This document shows, piece by piece, positions 1-9,583 of a stretch of DNA of 64,000 bases. Under the pieces are notes generated by a model. That model ran no database searches, was not told the origin of the DNA, and worked only from the letters and a program-made list of their open reading frames with translations. Source of the DNA: Phormidesmis sp. GTDB lineage: Bacteria; Cyanobacteriota; Cyanobacteriia; Leptolyngbyales; Leptolyngbyaceae. Location of the stretch: assembly GCA_965248535.1 (NCBI GenBank), contig CBDFJR010000002.1, forward strand, positions 224,001-288,000, written 5' to 3'. The position numbers were made by a program, and so were the translations under genes. Positions within the stretch are counted from its first letter, which is position 1, and each line of letters opens with the position of its first letter.

Positions 1-2
1 TG

Positions 3-530
3 GATGGAACTTATTATCTTCTTGAGGTGATTGACCCTGACAACACGATCGCTGAGACCAATGAAACCAATAACGTGAGTGTCTTGGCTCTAGACGTTCA
101 GCAGATTCCGACGATCAACCTGAGAGGGAAGAGTTTGTCTGTAAACGGCACAAGCTTTGCTCCTACTGCGGTTGTCAGCACGACGTTTGTGACTGAAAAC
201 AACGGGTTCAAGAGTGCAAATACGCCATTCGAGATTAGCTTCTTATTAGCGAAGACTCCTGTCTTTAGTAAGGGTGATTCTAATGCTTGGTCATTGGCGA
301 CAGCCTCCATCGACGGCGGCATTGCTGGCAAAAAGGACTCAGGGCCTCAAGCCATTAACTTGACGCTTCCTCCCAGAGATTGGAGCGGCTGGGCAAGCCT
401 GTCTGGGCAGCAGACGTTCTATATTGGCATGATTCAAAACACTAATAGTGCTGTGAATGATGTCAACCCAGACGATAACCAAAACCGCGGTCAGAATATT
501 GACTGGGTTGCCATCAACGTGACCTTATAG
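3..530 (+). CDS. CARDB/Ig-like repeat surface protein, C-terminal part (5' end outside window)
   Basis: Frame open from window start (DGTYYLLEVIDPDNTIAETNETNN, a CARDB-type motif); a second similar motif (FYIGMIQN...DDN) near the C-terminus. Confidence 0.7.
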   Translation, partial: DGTYYLLEVIDPDNTIAETNETNNVSVLALDVQQIPTINLRGKSLSVNGTSFAPTAVVSTTFVTENNGFKSANTPFEISFLLAKTPVFSKGDSNAWSLATASIDGGIAGKKDSGPQAINLTLPPRDWSGWASLSGQQTFYIGMIQNTNSAVNDVNPDDNQNRGQNIDWVAINVTL

Positions 531-594
531 CTGGGGTTTTGATCAATTCATGACGAGTCGTTGCTGACAGTCTGGTAGATTCTGATAACTATAT

Positions 595-630
595 AGGGAG
601 AGGGGAATCGCGTTCCCCTCTCCCTTTCTT
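595..630. terminator. Intrinsic terminator hairpin between convergent genes
   Basis: Perfect 13-bp stem AGGGAGAGGGGAA-tcgcg-TTCCCCTCTCCCT followed by a T-rich tail. Confidence 0.8.
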
Positions 631-633
631 CAT

Positions 634-1575
634 TTATTCGTTTAGAACAGCCGGAGTTGAGCACTGGGTTGAGATCTCCTGAGTTTTAGGAGAGAAGCTC
701 AACAAACGCAAAAAATAGCTGCTGTCAAAACTTCTAGGGTCTTTGCGCTGACGCGATCGGTCTACGAGCCGATGGGTGGTAATTCGCGATTCGGGTACTC
801 CTGTCTTTGCCACTAACCACGCCAGTGATTGATATTGTGAGCGGCTATATCCGCTATGTTGATTGGCATTGTTGCGCCCATCAGAGGGAGTAACCAGAGA
901 GATGTGATAAGCAAAATTGTTGACAGACGGCGGAAAGTCTGGGTTGGTTTGAACAGCTTCTTGACCGATGTCACTGACAAAGATAGAGTTTCCGGCTCCG
1001 AAGGCTCGTCTGTCTGGCGGCACTAAATAAACGATCGTGCCATCGAGATCAATGAGCGTATGGTAACTAACTTGATCATCGTCATCAGGGTGAGGCGTTT
1101 GAAAAAGATTGATCGTGGATTGGGCAGAGCCGACTGTCTCATGGAGAACCACGATCGCTGCATTATCGACGGTTTTGCCGTAGAGATCTTGCACAAACCG
1201 TCTCCCAAAGTTAGTGGGGTGAGCAAGAGCAACGTCTTCGGTGGGGGTGTAGCTTGCCTCTGGCTTGTCGGGAGTTGCTTTTTCGGGTTCGGCAATCTGT
1301 GAATCTTGTCTAAACCGACTTAGGGGAATCGAGTCAGGCACAGCAGCAACAGTTCCTTTAGACTTGTTTGCTTTAGAAACGGGCTTTAGGGCGCAAGCAG
1401 ACGACAAAGCAGAACTAGAATCGCTGACTGTCGGGGGCTGTGGGCTGATAATTTGGGAGCTAGGAAGCCTAATCTTCTGTCCCTCGACCTGTTGGGCACT
1501 ACCAGAATTGATCGTCAAGACGAGGGTGGCGATCGCTAAAGTCAGGATGACAAAGACGTGTAAAAGTTTTCTCAT
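634..1575 (-). CDS. N-acetylmuramoyl-L-alanine amidase (Amidase_2/PGRP fold), secreted
   Basis: Signal peptide; motifs VVLHET, VSYH, AFGAG, ITTH and KDP. Confidence 0.85.
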   Translation of the reverse strand: MRKLLHVFVILTLAIATLVLTINSGSAQQVEGQKIRLPSSQIISPQPPTVSDSSSALSSACALKPVSKANKSKGTVAAVPDSIPLSRFRQDSQIAEPEKATPDKPEASYTPTEDVALAHPTNFGRRFVQDLYGKTVDNAAIVVLHETVGSAQSTINLFQTPHPDDDDQVSYHTLIDLDGTIVYLVPPDRRAFGAGNSIFVSDIGQEAVQTNPDFPPSVNNFAYHISLVTPSDGRNNANQHSGYSRSQYQSLAWLVAKTGVPESRITTHRLVDRSRQRKDPRSFDSSYFLRLLSFSPKTQEISTQCSTPAVLNE

Positions 1576-1654
1576 AAGGAATTGGGTGACCGGGTTTTCA
1601 GCCAGGAAAGCACTGCTAAAGAACTCAAGTGCTAAAGATACGGTTTTTTGGGCC

Positions 1655-3871
1655 CTATTTTCCGCTCTTCACGTTGAGTTTTCTCATCGCTTGAAGTCGG
1701 TGCTGAAGCTCTCTCAGATTTGGTGAGTGCCCCCCATAGCGCCACTGCACATAGGCTTGAGAGATTTCTTGAATCGTCTGGGCCCGATCGCCTCGCTGCA
1801 ACGCTTCTTGACGCGCATATTCTAAGGGGGTCTGAGTCGGGTGCTTTCTAAACCCCTGACTGGCTAACCAACTCAACATTTGCTGATAGAGACTTTCCAT
1901 CGGTGGCAGTTTGCTGAGGCGGCGACGATCGTGCCATTTTTGCCAGCCTTGCCAACTGAGCCAGCCGATAAAACTCAGCCCAGTTAATAAAATTAAGCCG
2001 CTAAACAGCCCGATCCAGCCTTTAAAGAACAGTCCCACAATCCAGGAGAAAATGCCCCCAAGCCACTGCCCGATCGCGCCAAGCAGCCGATTCAACACAC
2101 TCGTCACAGGCGACGGCAACCAGCCTGCAACCCACGTCCAAAACCTTTGCAGCACGCTAAAGGTTTGATCTTCTTCGATCGATGGCGGCACTAATTCATG
2201 TCCTGGAATAGGATCAAACGAAAACCAGCCATAGTTAGGAAAATAGACTTCGGTCATGGCGTAGGCATCGGTGTTTTTCACCTCATAGAGTCCGGTGAAG
2301 GGATTGAATTGACCGGGTGAGAATCCCGCTACGAGCCGAGCCGGAATGCCGATCGACCGCAACATCACCGTCAACGCAGACGAAAAATGATCGGGGTAGC
2401 CGCCCTTGAAACGAAACAGAAAAGCTTCTACGAGATCCTGATCTTTGGTCAGAGGTGGAATATCAGGCTGAATTTCGTAGCGTTGCTTTAAGACCTGCGC
2501 CAAAAATAACGCCTTCTCATAGGGAGCGGTGATGGGCTGGGGCGATGTGGCTAAAAGTTCTTCGGTGCGCTGGCGAATTTTTGCTGAGGTTTTCTCAGGA
2601 ACTTGTAGATAGAGACTGCCATCAGGAACCGCCTCGATCGTCGCTTTTTGCAATAGCGTTCGATTGCGGTAGGGAACCTCTGAAATTACCGTATAGGTCA
2701 AGCCTTCCCGCAGTCCGACGGGCGATCGCAAGCCCCCTTCTGGGTCGATCGCTATTTCTTGAGTCGGAAAATAAAGCTCTCTCGGCTGGGACAGCGCCGG
2801 AATTAAATTGGGCAACTCAGTCACCAGCGTGTAGGTTTGCACTACCTCTTTTTTGCGGTTGAGATCAAACGTCTGAGGCAGATAAAACTGATAAGACCAG
2901 CTAGGACGCTTGACGGTGCGGGTGTTAGCGTTGCGGGAGAGTTCCCAGCCTTGCCCGGTGTAGCGATCGAAGGCCAACACCCGCCAAAACCCCTCAGCTT
3001 GAGAACGGACGCGCATCACGACTCTGGGCTTGAGGTGTCCGCGCAGGTTTTGGTTGATGCGATCGCTAAAGCCATAGTAGAAATCTTCATCCATTTGACC
3101 AGAGCCATTTTCCTGCCCGCTCCCTGCTCCGGTCTTGCCGCCGCCATAGCCCGGATTTTTGACTTGACGGTTGTTAAACTCTCCCTGGGGCGCAATTTGA
3201 GTGCTCATGGGAAAGCTTCGCAGTTGATAGCCCGCAAATCGGGGCATCACCGCAAACACCGCTAACCCCAGCCCTAACGTCAGCAAAAAGGTCAAGGGCA
3301 GCGCTGCAAAGTTACCCCGGCGGAGTTTGAGCTTGGTCGGGCTGGATCGCGTTAGCCCCAACCGCGATCGATAGTCCATCACTAAGACGGGGAGCGCGAT
3401 CGCCAAAAACACCAGCAGCATTCCTCCAAAGGCCATGGTTTGACTGAGAGTGCTGGCCACCCCAATCAAAATCATGCCGATCACCATTGAATAGCCTAAA
3501 TCTTTGCGTCGCGGCAGATCAAAACTGTGCAACACCTGAAGCTGAATCAGAAGCTCGGCTAACACGAGGCGCGTGTCGTTGAGTTCCCGTCCGCCGATCA
3601 TGCGAATAAAAAACGCTGCCAAGGCGACCAGCATCGCGATCGCCAACAAAAACTTAGTCGGAATGTTGCGCTCACGGCGGCGCACCCAACTCAAGGTGGC
3701 CCCAATCAAGCTCAGGGGCACTGCCCAAAGGCTAAGGGTCGTGTCAGCCGCCAGATCAGTCGCCACAATTCCGACACTCACCAACGCCTGAGTCAAGATT
3801 CTAAACAGAACGGACTCTTCAGGTTCTGGCTTTGGCAAAGCTCGAACTCGTTGCCACCATGACTGTCTCAT
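1655..3871 (-). CDS. TgpA-like DUF3488/transglutaminase-like/DUF4129 membrane protein
   Basis: N-terminal multi-TM region, WRVLAFDRYTG, MLRSIGIPARLVAGF, GWFSFDP and C-terminal TPLEYA...YVQWRYG. Confidence 0.85.
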   Translation of the reverse strand: MRQSWWQRVRALPKPEPEESVLFRILTQALVSVGIVATDLAADTTLSLWAVPLSLIGATLSWVRRRERNIPTKFLLAIAMLVALAAFFIRMIGGRELNDTRLVLAELLIQLQVLHSFDLPRRKDLGYSMVIGMILIGVASTLSQTMAFGGMLLVFLAIALPVLVMDYRSRLGLTRSSPTKLKLRRGNFAALPLTFLLTLGLGLAVFAVMPRFAGYQLRSFPMSTQIAPQGEFNNRQVKNPGYGGGKTGAGSGQENGSGQMDEDFYYGFSDRINQNLRGHLKPRVVMRVRSQAEGFWRVLAFDRYTGQGWELSRNANTRTVKRPSWSYQFYLPQTFDLNRKKEVVQTYTLVTELPNLIPALSQPRELYFPTQEIAIDPEGGLRSPVGLREGLTYTVISEVPYRNRTLLQKATIEAVPDGSLYLQVPEKTSAKIRQRTEELLATSPQPITAPYEKALFLAQVLKQRYEIQPDIPPLTKDQDLVEAFLFRFKGGYPDHFSSALTVMLRSIGIPARLVAGFSPGQFNPFTGLYEVKNTDAYAMTEVYFPNYGWFSFDPIPGHELVPPSIEEDQTFSVLQRFWTWVAGWLPSPVTSVLNRLLGAIGQWLGGIFSWIVGLFFKGWIGLFSGLILLTGLSFIGWLSWQGWQKWHDRRRLSKLPPMESLYQQMLSWLASQGFRKHPTQTPLEYARQEALQRGDRAQTIQEISQAYVQWRYGGHSPNLRELQHRLQAMRKLNVKSGK

Positions 3872-3998
3872 TGAGAAAGGGTAAAGGGTAAAGATTCATT
3901 CAAGGTTCAGAGTGCCCCTGTGCACCCAGAGGCTCCTTAGAAATGCTCCACCTGACTCTACCAATTTCTTTCTAACTTTTTACCCTTTACCCTTGCTC

Positions 3999-5030
3999 CT
4001 ATCCGGCGCTCATGGGACGAATCGCAAAAACCATCACGTCTTCGTCGCCTAACCGCACCTCTAGCGGGTAAGTGCGATTGAGGCTCAACGCCCGAAGTTC
4101 TACGCTGAGGCTGCCTGCCTCTTTGCGGTCTGCCAGCGCTTGCCACTGCTCTCCCTGAAACTGCAAGCTGCCTCCGCAGGGTAACTCTGCTTTGATTTGA
4201 AGTCGTCCCGCTTCTTGACCAAACTGATAGTCAGTTTTTAAGGTTAGCGGGCCGTGATCGGTGAGCCATTGCCGCTCGATCGTGGGCTGTTTGGGCGAGA
4301 CCGTCAGCGTTAGAGCACTCATGATCTCGCGGGCTGCCAGCAGTGACAGGGCCATCTGCTGAGTCTCGATCGCGTCTTCATATCGGCTGGGCAACTCTGC
4401 TCCGGCTTCGGCCGCAAGCTGCTGCAAACTCGCCGCCGTTGACCGGGCAGGAGACACCATAATGTATCCAGCTACATCATTGAGCAGGCGAGATTGCCCT
4501 GGGAAAAAGGCATCCACTGCCTTGACCAGCTTGGCACCTTCACGCAGAGGCGACAATAAGACTGACTGACACCGCTCTAAGAGGTCTAAGAGCACGAGTT
4601 CAGGCAGGGGGACAGGTAGGCTGAGACGACGGAGTTGAGCCACCCAGAGAGAAGCGGCTGAAAAGACAGGCTGCTTCACGTCAGAATCTGCCGTTTCCGA
4701 ACTGTAGTCGGAGATTTCGGTTTCCCAGGGGAACAGAGGCGGCTTGTTTTGGATCTCAATCTGTAGTCGATTTTTCAACAGGCTATGAAAACGGTCTTGC
4801 ACAGCAGGTATTTCTCCCGGTTTTAGTAGCATATCCTCCTCAAAGAGGTCGTCAAGATCAGACTCTAACAGGTCAGAACTGAAGCGCTGCGGGTCTGTGA
4901 GATCGCCCTGCATGGCGGCGGCAACAATGGTTGGATCGCTGCCGCCAGGCTCCATGTCGGGAGGGGTTAAACCAAGTTCCTGCAAGAGCTTTAGGTAATT
5001 TTTCTGCACTGCTTCTGAGTCGCGATCCAT
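3999..5030 (-). CDS. patU: PatU (single ORF, patU5+patU3-like)
   Basis: Immediately downstream of hetZ; PatU-like motifs GEIPAVQDRFHSLLKNRL, PPLFPWETE, QQMALSLLAAREI, RQWLT. Confidence 0.75.
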   Translation of the reverse strand: MDRDSEAVQKNYLKLLQELGLTPPDMEPGGSDPTIVAAAMQGDLTDPQRFSSDLLESDLDDLFEEDMLLKPGEIPAVQDRFHSLLKNRLQIEIQNKPPLFPWETEISDYSSETADSDVKQPVFSAASLWVAQLRRLSLPVPLPELVLLDLLERCQSVLLSPLREGAKLVKAVDAFFPGQSRLLNDVAGYIMVSPARSTAASLQQLAAEAGAELPSRYEDAIETQQMALSLLAAREIMSALTLTVSPKQPTIERQWLTDHGPLTLKTDYQFGQEAGRLQIKAELPCGGSLQFQGEQWQALADRKEAGSLSVELRALSLNRTYPLEVRLGDEDVMVFAIRPMSAG

Positions 5031-5042
5031 TGTGATAACACC

Positions 5043-6233
5043 CTATTCATGAGGAGATTGGCTTCCTCCGGAATCTTGGTCATTCCGAATTTCCCAAGCC
5101 TGTTCTAGAAGTTTAAACCACTGTTTCTGAACTTGATTGATGGTGCAGCCTAGGGTCTGAGCGATCGCTGCATCGGGCGCTTTCTGCTGCTTCATCTTCA
5201 AAAGGGTCACCTGCGAGAGAGTCACCTGCTCTTGCAGCGCTTGCCACTGCTTATTAGACAACCCCAGATTGCGCTCTAAGTCAACTTCTAGCCACTGATG
5301 GACGAGTTCCCAATGGTGAGAAAACGCAAACCTGATGAGATGGTACTTGAAGCGCTGCTGTAAGTAATCTCGCTGGCGTGGGGTGAGCTTCAAAATCTGC
5401 TCAATATCGCTGGCAGGGAGATCTTGCAGACGCAGCACAAAATATTCGATGCAGTCGGCTTGCTTGCGCTCTTCTAGATAGGTGACCAGTTCTTTGATCA
5501 CGGTTTGGCGCAGCGTGTCTTCTGCCAGCTCTGGCTCTTGAGCCACCATTTGCTCTCGAACTTGCTGAATCGACGCAATATTCCACGGCGTTTCAGACTC
5601 TAACAGAGTGCCTTCGGCGGCTCGTTCTAGATCAACCAGGGTCTCAGTGGGCTGCTGCTGGGAGAAGGTTTGGGCCCGTAGGATAATCAACTGTTGATTG
5701 CGGTGCCCAGGCAGGGGAATTCGCCGTTTGCCATAGCGTTCAGTAAACGCCATATATTCGGCTAGCTCGATCAGGGTGCGCGGCGTGTAGGTCGGGCCTA
5801 GCTGCGTTTCTCGCCGAAAAGCGGTTAACGCTTCGACATAAAACCCTTGCAAGAAGTCTTCGATCAGCGTCAGGCGGGCCTGATAGCTGGCTTGGCTCAG
5901 AGAAGGGTTGATATAGCGATAGACGACAGCACTTAAGTTGCTGTGCAGTTCGATGCGCCCCCGCACCGAGCCGAGACGATAATAGGTCAGACATTGCTGA
6001 AGTCGGTGTCGTGCCAGGGTAGTTGCCCAAGCGTCTGCTTCTCCAGAAGCCTGAATGCGCTTACTTTCGGTGCAGATGCGACCGACTTCTTGGGTTAAGC
6101 GATCGGCGACACCATTACAGCTTTTTTGCTCAGACGCAGTGGTTGCCTGTTTCAATTCGCTCGATAGCAGTTGAAAGATTGCTTCCACGCTCTGGCAGAT
6201 ATCCCCAACGAGTTCTAAGGTCTTACAAATCAA
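5043..6233 (-). CDS. hetZ: HetZ family regulator (start uncertain: TTG 6233 or GTG 6188)
   Basis: RICTESKRIQASG, GRIELHSNLSAVVYRYI, ELAEYMAFTERYGKRRI, LTPRQRDYLQQRFKYH are HetZ-like; C-terminal HTH-like segments. Confidence 0.88.
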   Translation of the reverse strand: MICKTLELVGDICQSVEAIFQLLSSELKQATTASEQKSCNGVADRLTQEVGRICTESKRIQASGEADAWATTLARHRLQQCLTYYRLGSVRGRIELHSNLSAVVYRYINPSLSQASYQARLTLIEDFLQGFYVEALTAFRRETQLGPTYTPRTLIELAEYMAFTERYGKRRIPLPGHRNQQLIILRAQTFSQQQPTETLVDLERAAEGTLLESETPWNIASIQQVREQMVAQEPELAEDTLRQTVIKELVTYLEERKQADCIEYFVLRLQDLPASDIEQILKLTPRQRDYLQQRFKYHLIRFAFSHHWELVHQWLEVDLERNLGLSNKQWQALQEQVTLSQVTLLKMKQQKAPDAAIAQTLGCTINQVQKQWFKLLEQAWEIRNDQDSGGSQSPHE

Positions 6234-6300
6234 TTGCTTTCTCTCAATTTTGGGACAGCTAGATCACAATGATAGGTAGAAGAAACCCTGATTATTTTGG

Positions 6301-6795
6301 ATGGATTTGACTATGGACTTAGACCAACAAACTCAGGCTCTGGTTGAGGGTGCTCCTCAAGATGGCTCGACTCCTCAGTTGATTGAGTCGGTCGCGCCAG
6401 TGCTCAAAACCCTGGCTCATCGGTTGCGGCATTTGCAATATTATGTGATGCAAACGCTGGATGACAGTTGGGTGATGATTACCCTGGGTCATCGTACCCA
6501 ATCAGAGGCTGAGAAAAACGTGATTTACGCGTTTCCCACCCTTAAAGATGTGGCAGCCGGGCCGTTTACGCTTTCCGATCCCAATGTGATTGCAGTGCCT
6601 GTTCCGGTGATGGAGATTTTGTTTCAAATGCTGGCGATGACGAGTATCTACAGCATTATCTTTTTTGAAACTCCAGGGAATGTGACGGTGGGAACGGAGG
6701 TGCAACGAGCCGAGTTAGAAACCTTAATCCATCAATTTTTGCAAAGTCAGGTAGATGCAGAGGCTCAAGTCAATAGTCTCAGTGATATTGCTTAA
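6301..6795 (+). CDS. Conserved cyanobacterial hypothetical protein
   Basis: 164-aa ORF; MDLDQQ...APQDG.TP and VIYAFPT resemble a cyanobacterial uncharacterised family. Confidence 0.75.
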   Translation: MDLTMDLDQQTQALVEGAPQDGSTPQLIESVAPVLKTLAHRLRHLQYYVMQTLDDSWVMITLGHRTQSEAEKNVIYAFPTLKDVAAGPFTLSDPNVIAVPVPVMEILFQMLAMTSIYSIIFFETPGNVTVGTEVQRAELETLIHQFLQSQVDAEAQVNSLSDIA

Positions 6796-7312
6796 GTATG
6801 GTCTGGCTCAGTTAAGCGCTAGTCTAATCAAGTTTGAGACTGGCGATCGTGAGGAATGATTGAGATGAAATCTTCTCAGACTCTCCTATCTTCAGTCTCG
6901 TCTTAACTTTAGTTGAATTGGCACCCCGGTCAATCGTAATAGTCTACGAGTTCTCACTGATTGTACCTAGAAATGTCTGTCTTCAGTGCGAGATCAGGCA
7001 TTCAAACAAAATTCTTATATTTTGGGGGGCTTAGTTCATCTAATCTTTATACAATCGCTCCTGTTAAAAGCGATTCCCGATGTGGTAGAAACGGCTGAGT
7101 TGCGAGACAGATTCTTGAAACTTATGAGCTAAAAATTGGTAAAAGATAAGCGAATTGAAGGAACTTTCTAAGAGATTTAGCTGAAGTTTATCGACGCAAG
7201 TTAACGATTTTTGTTGAATCTTTATCAACTCTTTAAACAGTGTTTTAGGCCAATAAACTGAGTTTAAATCGAAATATCTCTTCGGGTTGCCGTGACCCCA
7301 CCAAAAACGATT

Positions 7313-8542
7313 TCAATCGGCGATCGCCGTGATTGCTGCCTCTAGGGCGATCGCTACATGAGTCCAGTGGGTTCCCCCTTGACAAAACACGATATAAGGC
7401 TCTCTTAGCGGGCCATCAGCCGAAAACTCAGAGGTGCTGCCGTCGATAAAGGTGCCGCCTGCCATGACAAGTTGGCTTTCATAGCCGGGCATCTCTCCCG
7501 GAACCGGATCGAGATAAGACCCGATCGGGGAGTGTTGCTGAATGGCTCGACAAAAGGCAATGATTTTTTCGGGTGAGCCGAGCTTGACGGCTTGAATCAC
7601 GTCCGATCGTGGGGCCATCGGTAAAGGATTGACTGGATAGCCCAACTGCTCAAACACATGGGCCGTCAGGTGATTGCCCTTGAGCGCTTCTCCGACCATC
7701 TGCGGCGCAAGAAATAATCCTTGAAACAGCAGCCGATTTAAGTCAAAGGTCGCTCCGCCAAAACTGCCCACCCCCGGAGCCGTGAGCCGACAGGCCGCCG
7801 CTTCTACCAGATCTGCCCGACCCGCGACATAGCCGCCTGTCGGCACGATCGTGCCCCCCGGATTTTTGATCAGCGAACCCGCCATCAGATCTGCGCCCAC
7901 TGCCGTCGGTTCTCGATCTTCCACAAATTCGCCATAGCAGTTATCGACAAAGCAGACCGTATTAGGATTTTGCTGCTTGACGAGATGGATAATTTTCTCA
8001 ATGTCGGCGATCGTCAAACTGGGTCGCCACGAATAGCCGCACGATCGCTGAATCGAGACCAAGCGAGTATTCGGTTTGACGGCGCTAGCTAAGGTGCTCC
8101 AGTCAATCAGCCCGTCTGAGGTGAGATCTAGCTGCCGATAGTCGATGCCAAACTCTCTGAGAGACCCCTGCCCCGTGCCTCGTAGACCAATCACCTCTTC
8201 CAGCGTGTCGTAGGGGGCACCTGCCACCGCCAGCATTTCATCACCCGGACGCAAAACGCCGAATAGAGCAGCCGCGATCGCGTGGGTGCCCGAAACAAAC
8301 TGCACCCTCACGGCCGCCGCCTCTGCTCCGACAATCTCAGCAAAGACCCGATCAAACACCTGCCGACCCAGATCATCATGCCCATAGCCCGTTACACCCG
8401 CAAAATGGTGAACGCCGACCCGATGATTTCGATAGGCCGTGAGAACTCGTGTTAAGTTTTTCTTGACCTGCGCGTCAATACCAGAAAAAATCGGGAGGAG
8501 TGCTTTTTCTGCTGCTCGTAGCTTTGTGGAGCTATCCATCAC
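7313..8542 (-). CDS. Methionine gamma-lyase-like / aluminium-resistance (YnbB) family PLP protein
   Basis: GYGHDDLGR, FVSGTHAI, VDNCYGEF, GSLIKNPGG, MAGGTFIDGST. Confidence 0.9.
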   Translation of the reverse strand: MMDSSTKLRAAEKALLPIFSGIDAQVKKNLTRVLTAYRNHRVGVHHFAGVTGYGHDDLGRQVFDRVFAEIVGAEAAAVRVQFVSGTHAIAAALFGVLRPGDEMLAVAGAPYDTLEEVIGLRGTGQGSLREFGIDYRQLDLTSDGLIDWSTLASAVKPNTRLVSIQRSCGYSWRPSLTIADIEKIIHLVKQQNPNTVCFVDNCYGEFVEDREPTAVGADLMAGSLIKNPGGTIVPTGGYVAGRADLVEAAACRLTAPGVGSFGGATFDLNRLLFQGLFLAPQMVGEALKGNHLTAHVFEQLGYPVNPLPMAPRSDVIQAVKLGSPEKIIAFCRAIQQHSPIGSYLDPVPGEMPGYESQLVMAGGTFIDGSTSEFSADGPLREPYIVFCQGGTHWTHVAIALEAAITAIAD

Positions 8543-8750
8543 GGTGTTGTTGGGTTAGAACGCTAAAGTGGAGTTTGCGAATCGCTTGATCCCACCTGGG
8601 TTGTCTGTTTGATCATCGACTTAGACGGGCAAGGAGACAAAAAGATTGGGAGACTTATTATACCTCTCGATCTTCGACTTCCCCCACCTCAGTAGGGCAG
8701 GGTCTATTTTCGCGCAGACCAGGCACTATATTCCCTATCGAGACTACTGC

Positions 8751-9566
8751 ATGACTGTTGCAAATTCAAAACAACTCCGCCTCGATTTCCCCGTCATTTT
8801 ATTTATGGCGGCCGTGCACATGGGGGCACTCTTTGCCCTGCTGCCCAGCAACTTTAGTTGGTCAGCCGTGGGAGTCGCGGTCTTTCTGCACTGGGTGACG
8901 GGCGGTTTGGGCATCACCCTGGGCTTTCACCGTTTGGTGACTCACCGCAGCTTTCAGACTCCTAAGTGGTTGGAATATTTTTTGGTCACCTGTGGCGCGC
9001 TGTCGTGTCAGGGCGGCCCGATCGATTGGATTGGGATGCACCGCATTCACCACTTAAATTCTGATCTGCCGTCCGATCCCCATGATTCTAATCAGGGCTT
9101 TTGGTGGAGCCACATGGGTTGGATGCTCTATGAAATTCCCTGTAGAGATCAAATCGCCCGCTTCACGAAAGATATTTCTGACGATCCGGTCTATAAGTTC
9201 CTGCAAAAGAATTTCTTTGGCATTCAGGTCGCCTTGGGCATTGTGCTCTATTTACTAGGCGGCTGGCCGTTTGTGGTTTGGGGCGTGTTTGTCAGGCTGG
9301 TGGCGGTGTTTCACTGCACCTGGTTTGTCAACAGCGCGACTCACAAGTTTGGCTATCAGACTTATGACTCAAAAGACCACTCCAAAAACTGCTGGTGGGT
9401 GGCGATTTTGACCTACGGCGAAGGCTGGCACAACAACCACCACGCCTACCAGCACTCTGCCCGCCATGGTCTGAAATGGTGGGAAATCGATATGACTTGG
9501 ATGACGATTCAGGTCTTACGATCGCTCGGTCTCGCCACCAAGGTCAAGCTAGCTGGAGAAGAATAG
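8751..9566 (+). CDS. desC: Acyl-lipid delta-9 desaturase
   Basis: His boxes [28 protein letters not shown] at 8751. Confidence 0.92.
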   Translation: MTVANSKQLRLDFPVILFMAAVHMGALFALLPSNFSWSAVGVAVFLHWVTGGLGITLGFHRLVTHRSFQTPKWLEYFLVTCGALSCQGGPIDWIGMHRIHHLNSDLPSDPHDSNQGFWWSHMGWMLYEIPCRDQIARFTKDISDDPVYKFLQKNFFGIQVALGIVLYLLGGWPFVVWGVFVRLVAVFHCTWFVNSATHKFGYQTYDSKDHSKNCWWVAILTYGEGWHNNHHAYQHSARHGLKWWEIDMTWMTIQVLRSLGLATKVKLAGEE

Positions 9567-9583
9567 CCCGCTCTGAACTCGAT

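Noticed and set aside
870..930. Possible loss of the catalytic Glu in the Amidase_2 protein (AYHISLVTP)
   Set aside because: Residue equivalence cannot be fixed without an alignment, and the likely Zn ligands are present.
6796..7312. patS/patX-like RGSGR peptide or ncRNA in the 500-bp gap near hetZ
   Set aside because: I found no RG(S/T)GR-encoding small ORF or convincing structure by eye.
8543..8750. Riboswitch in the ynbB/desC divergent region
   Set aside because: No recognisable aptamer consensus; only a TATAAT-like -10 on the minus strand and weak pairing.
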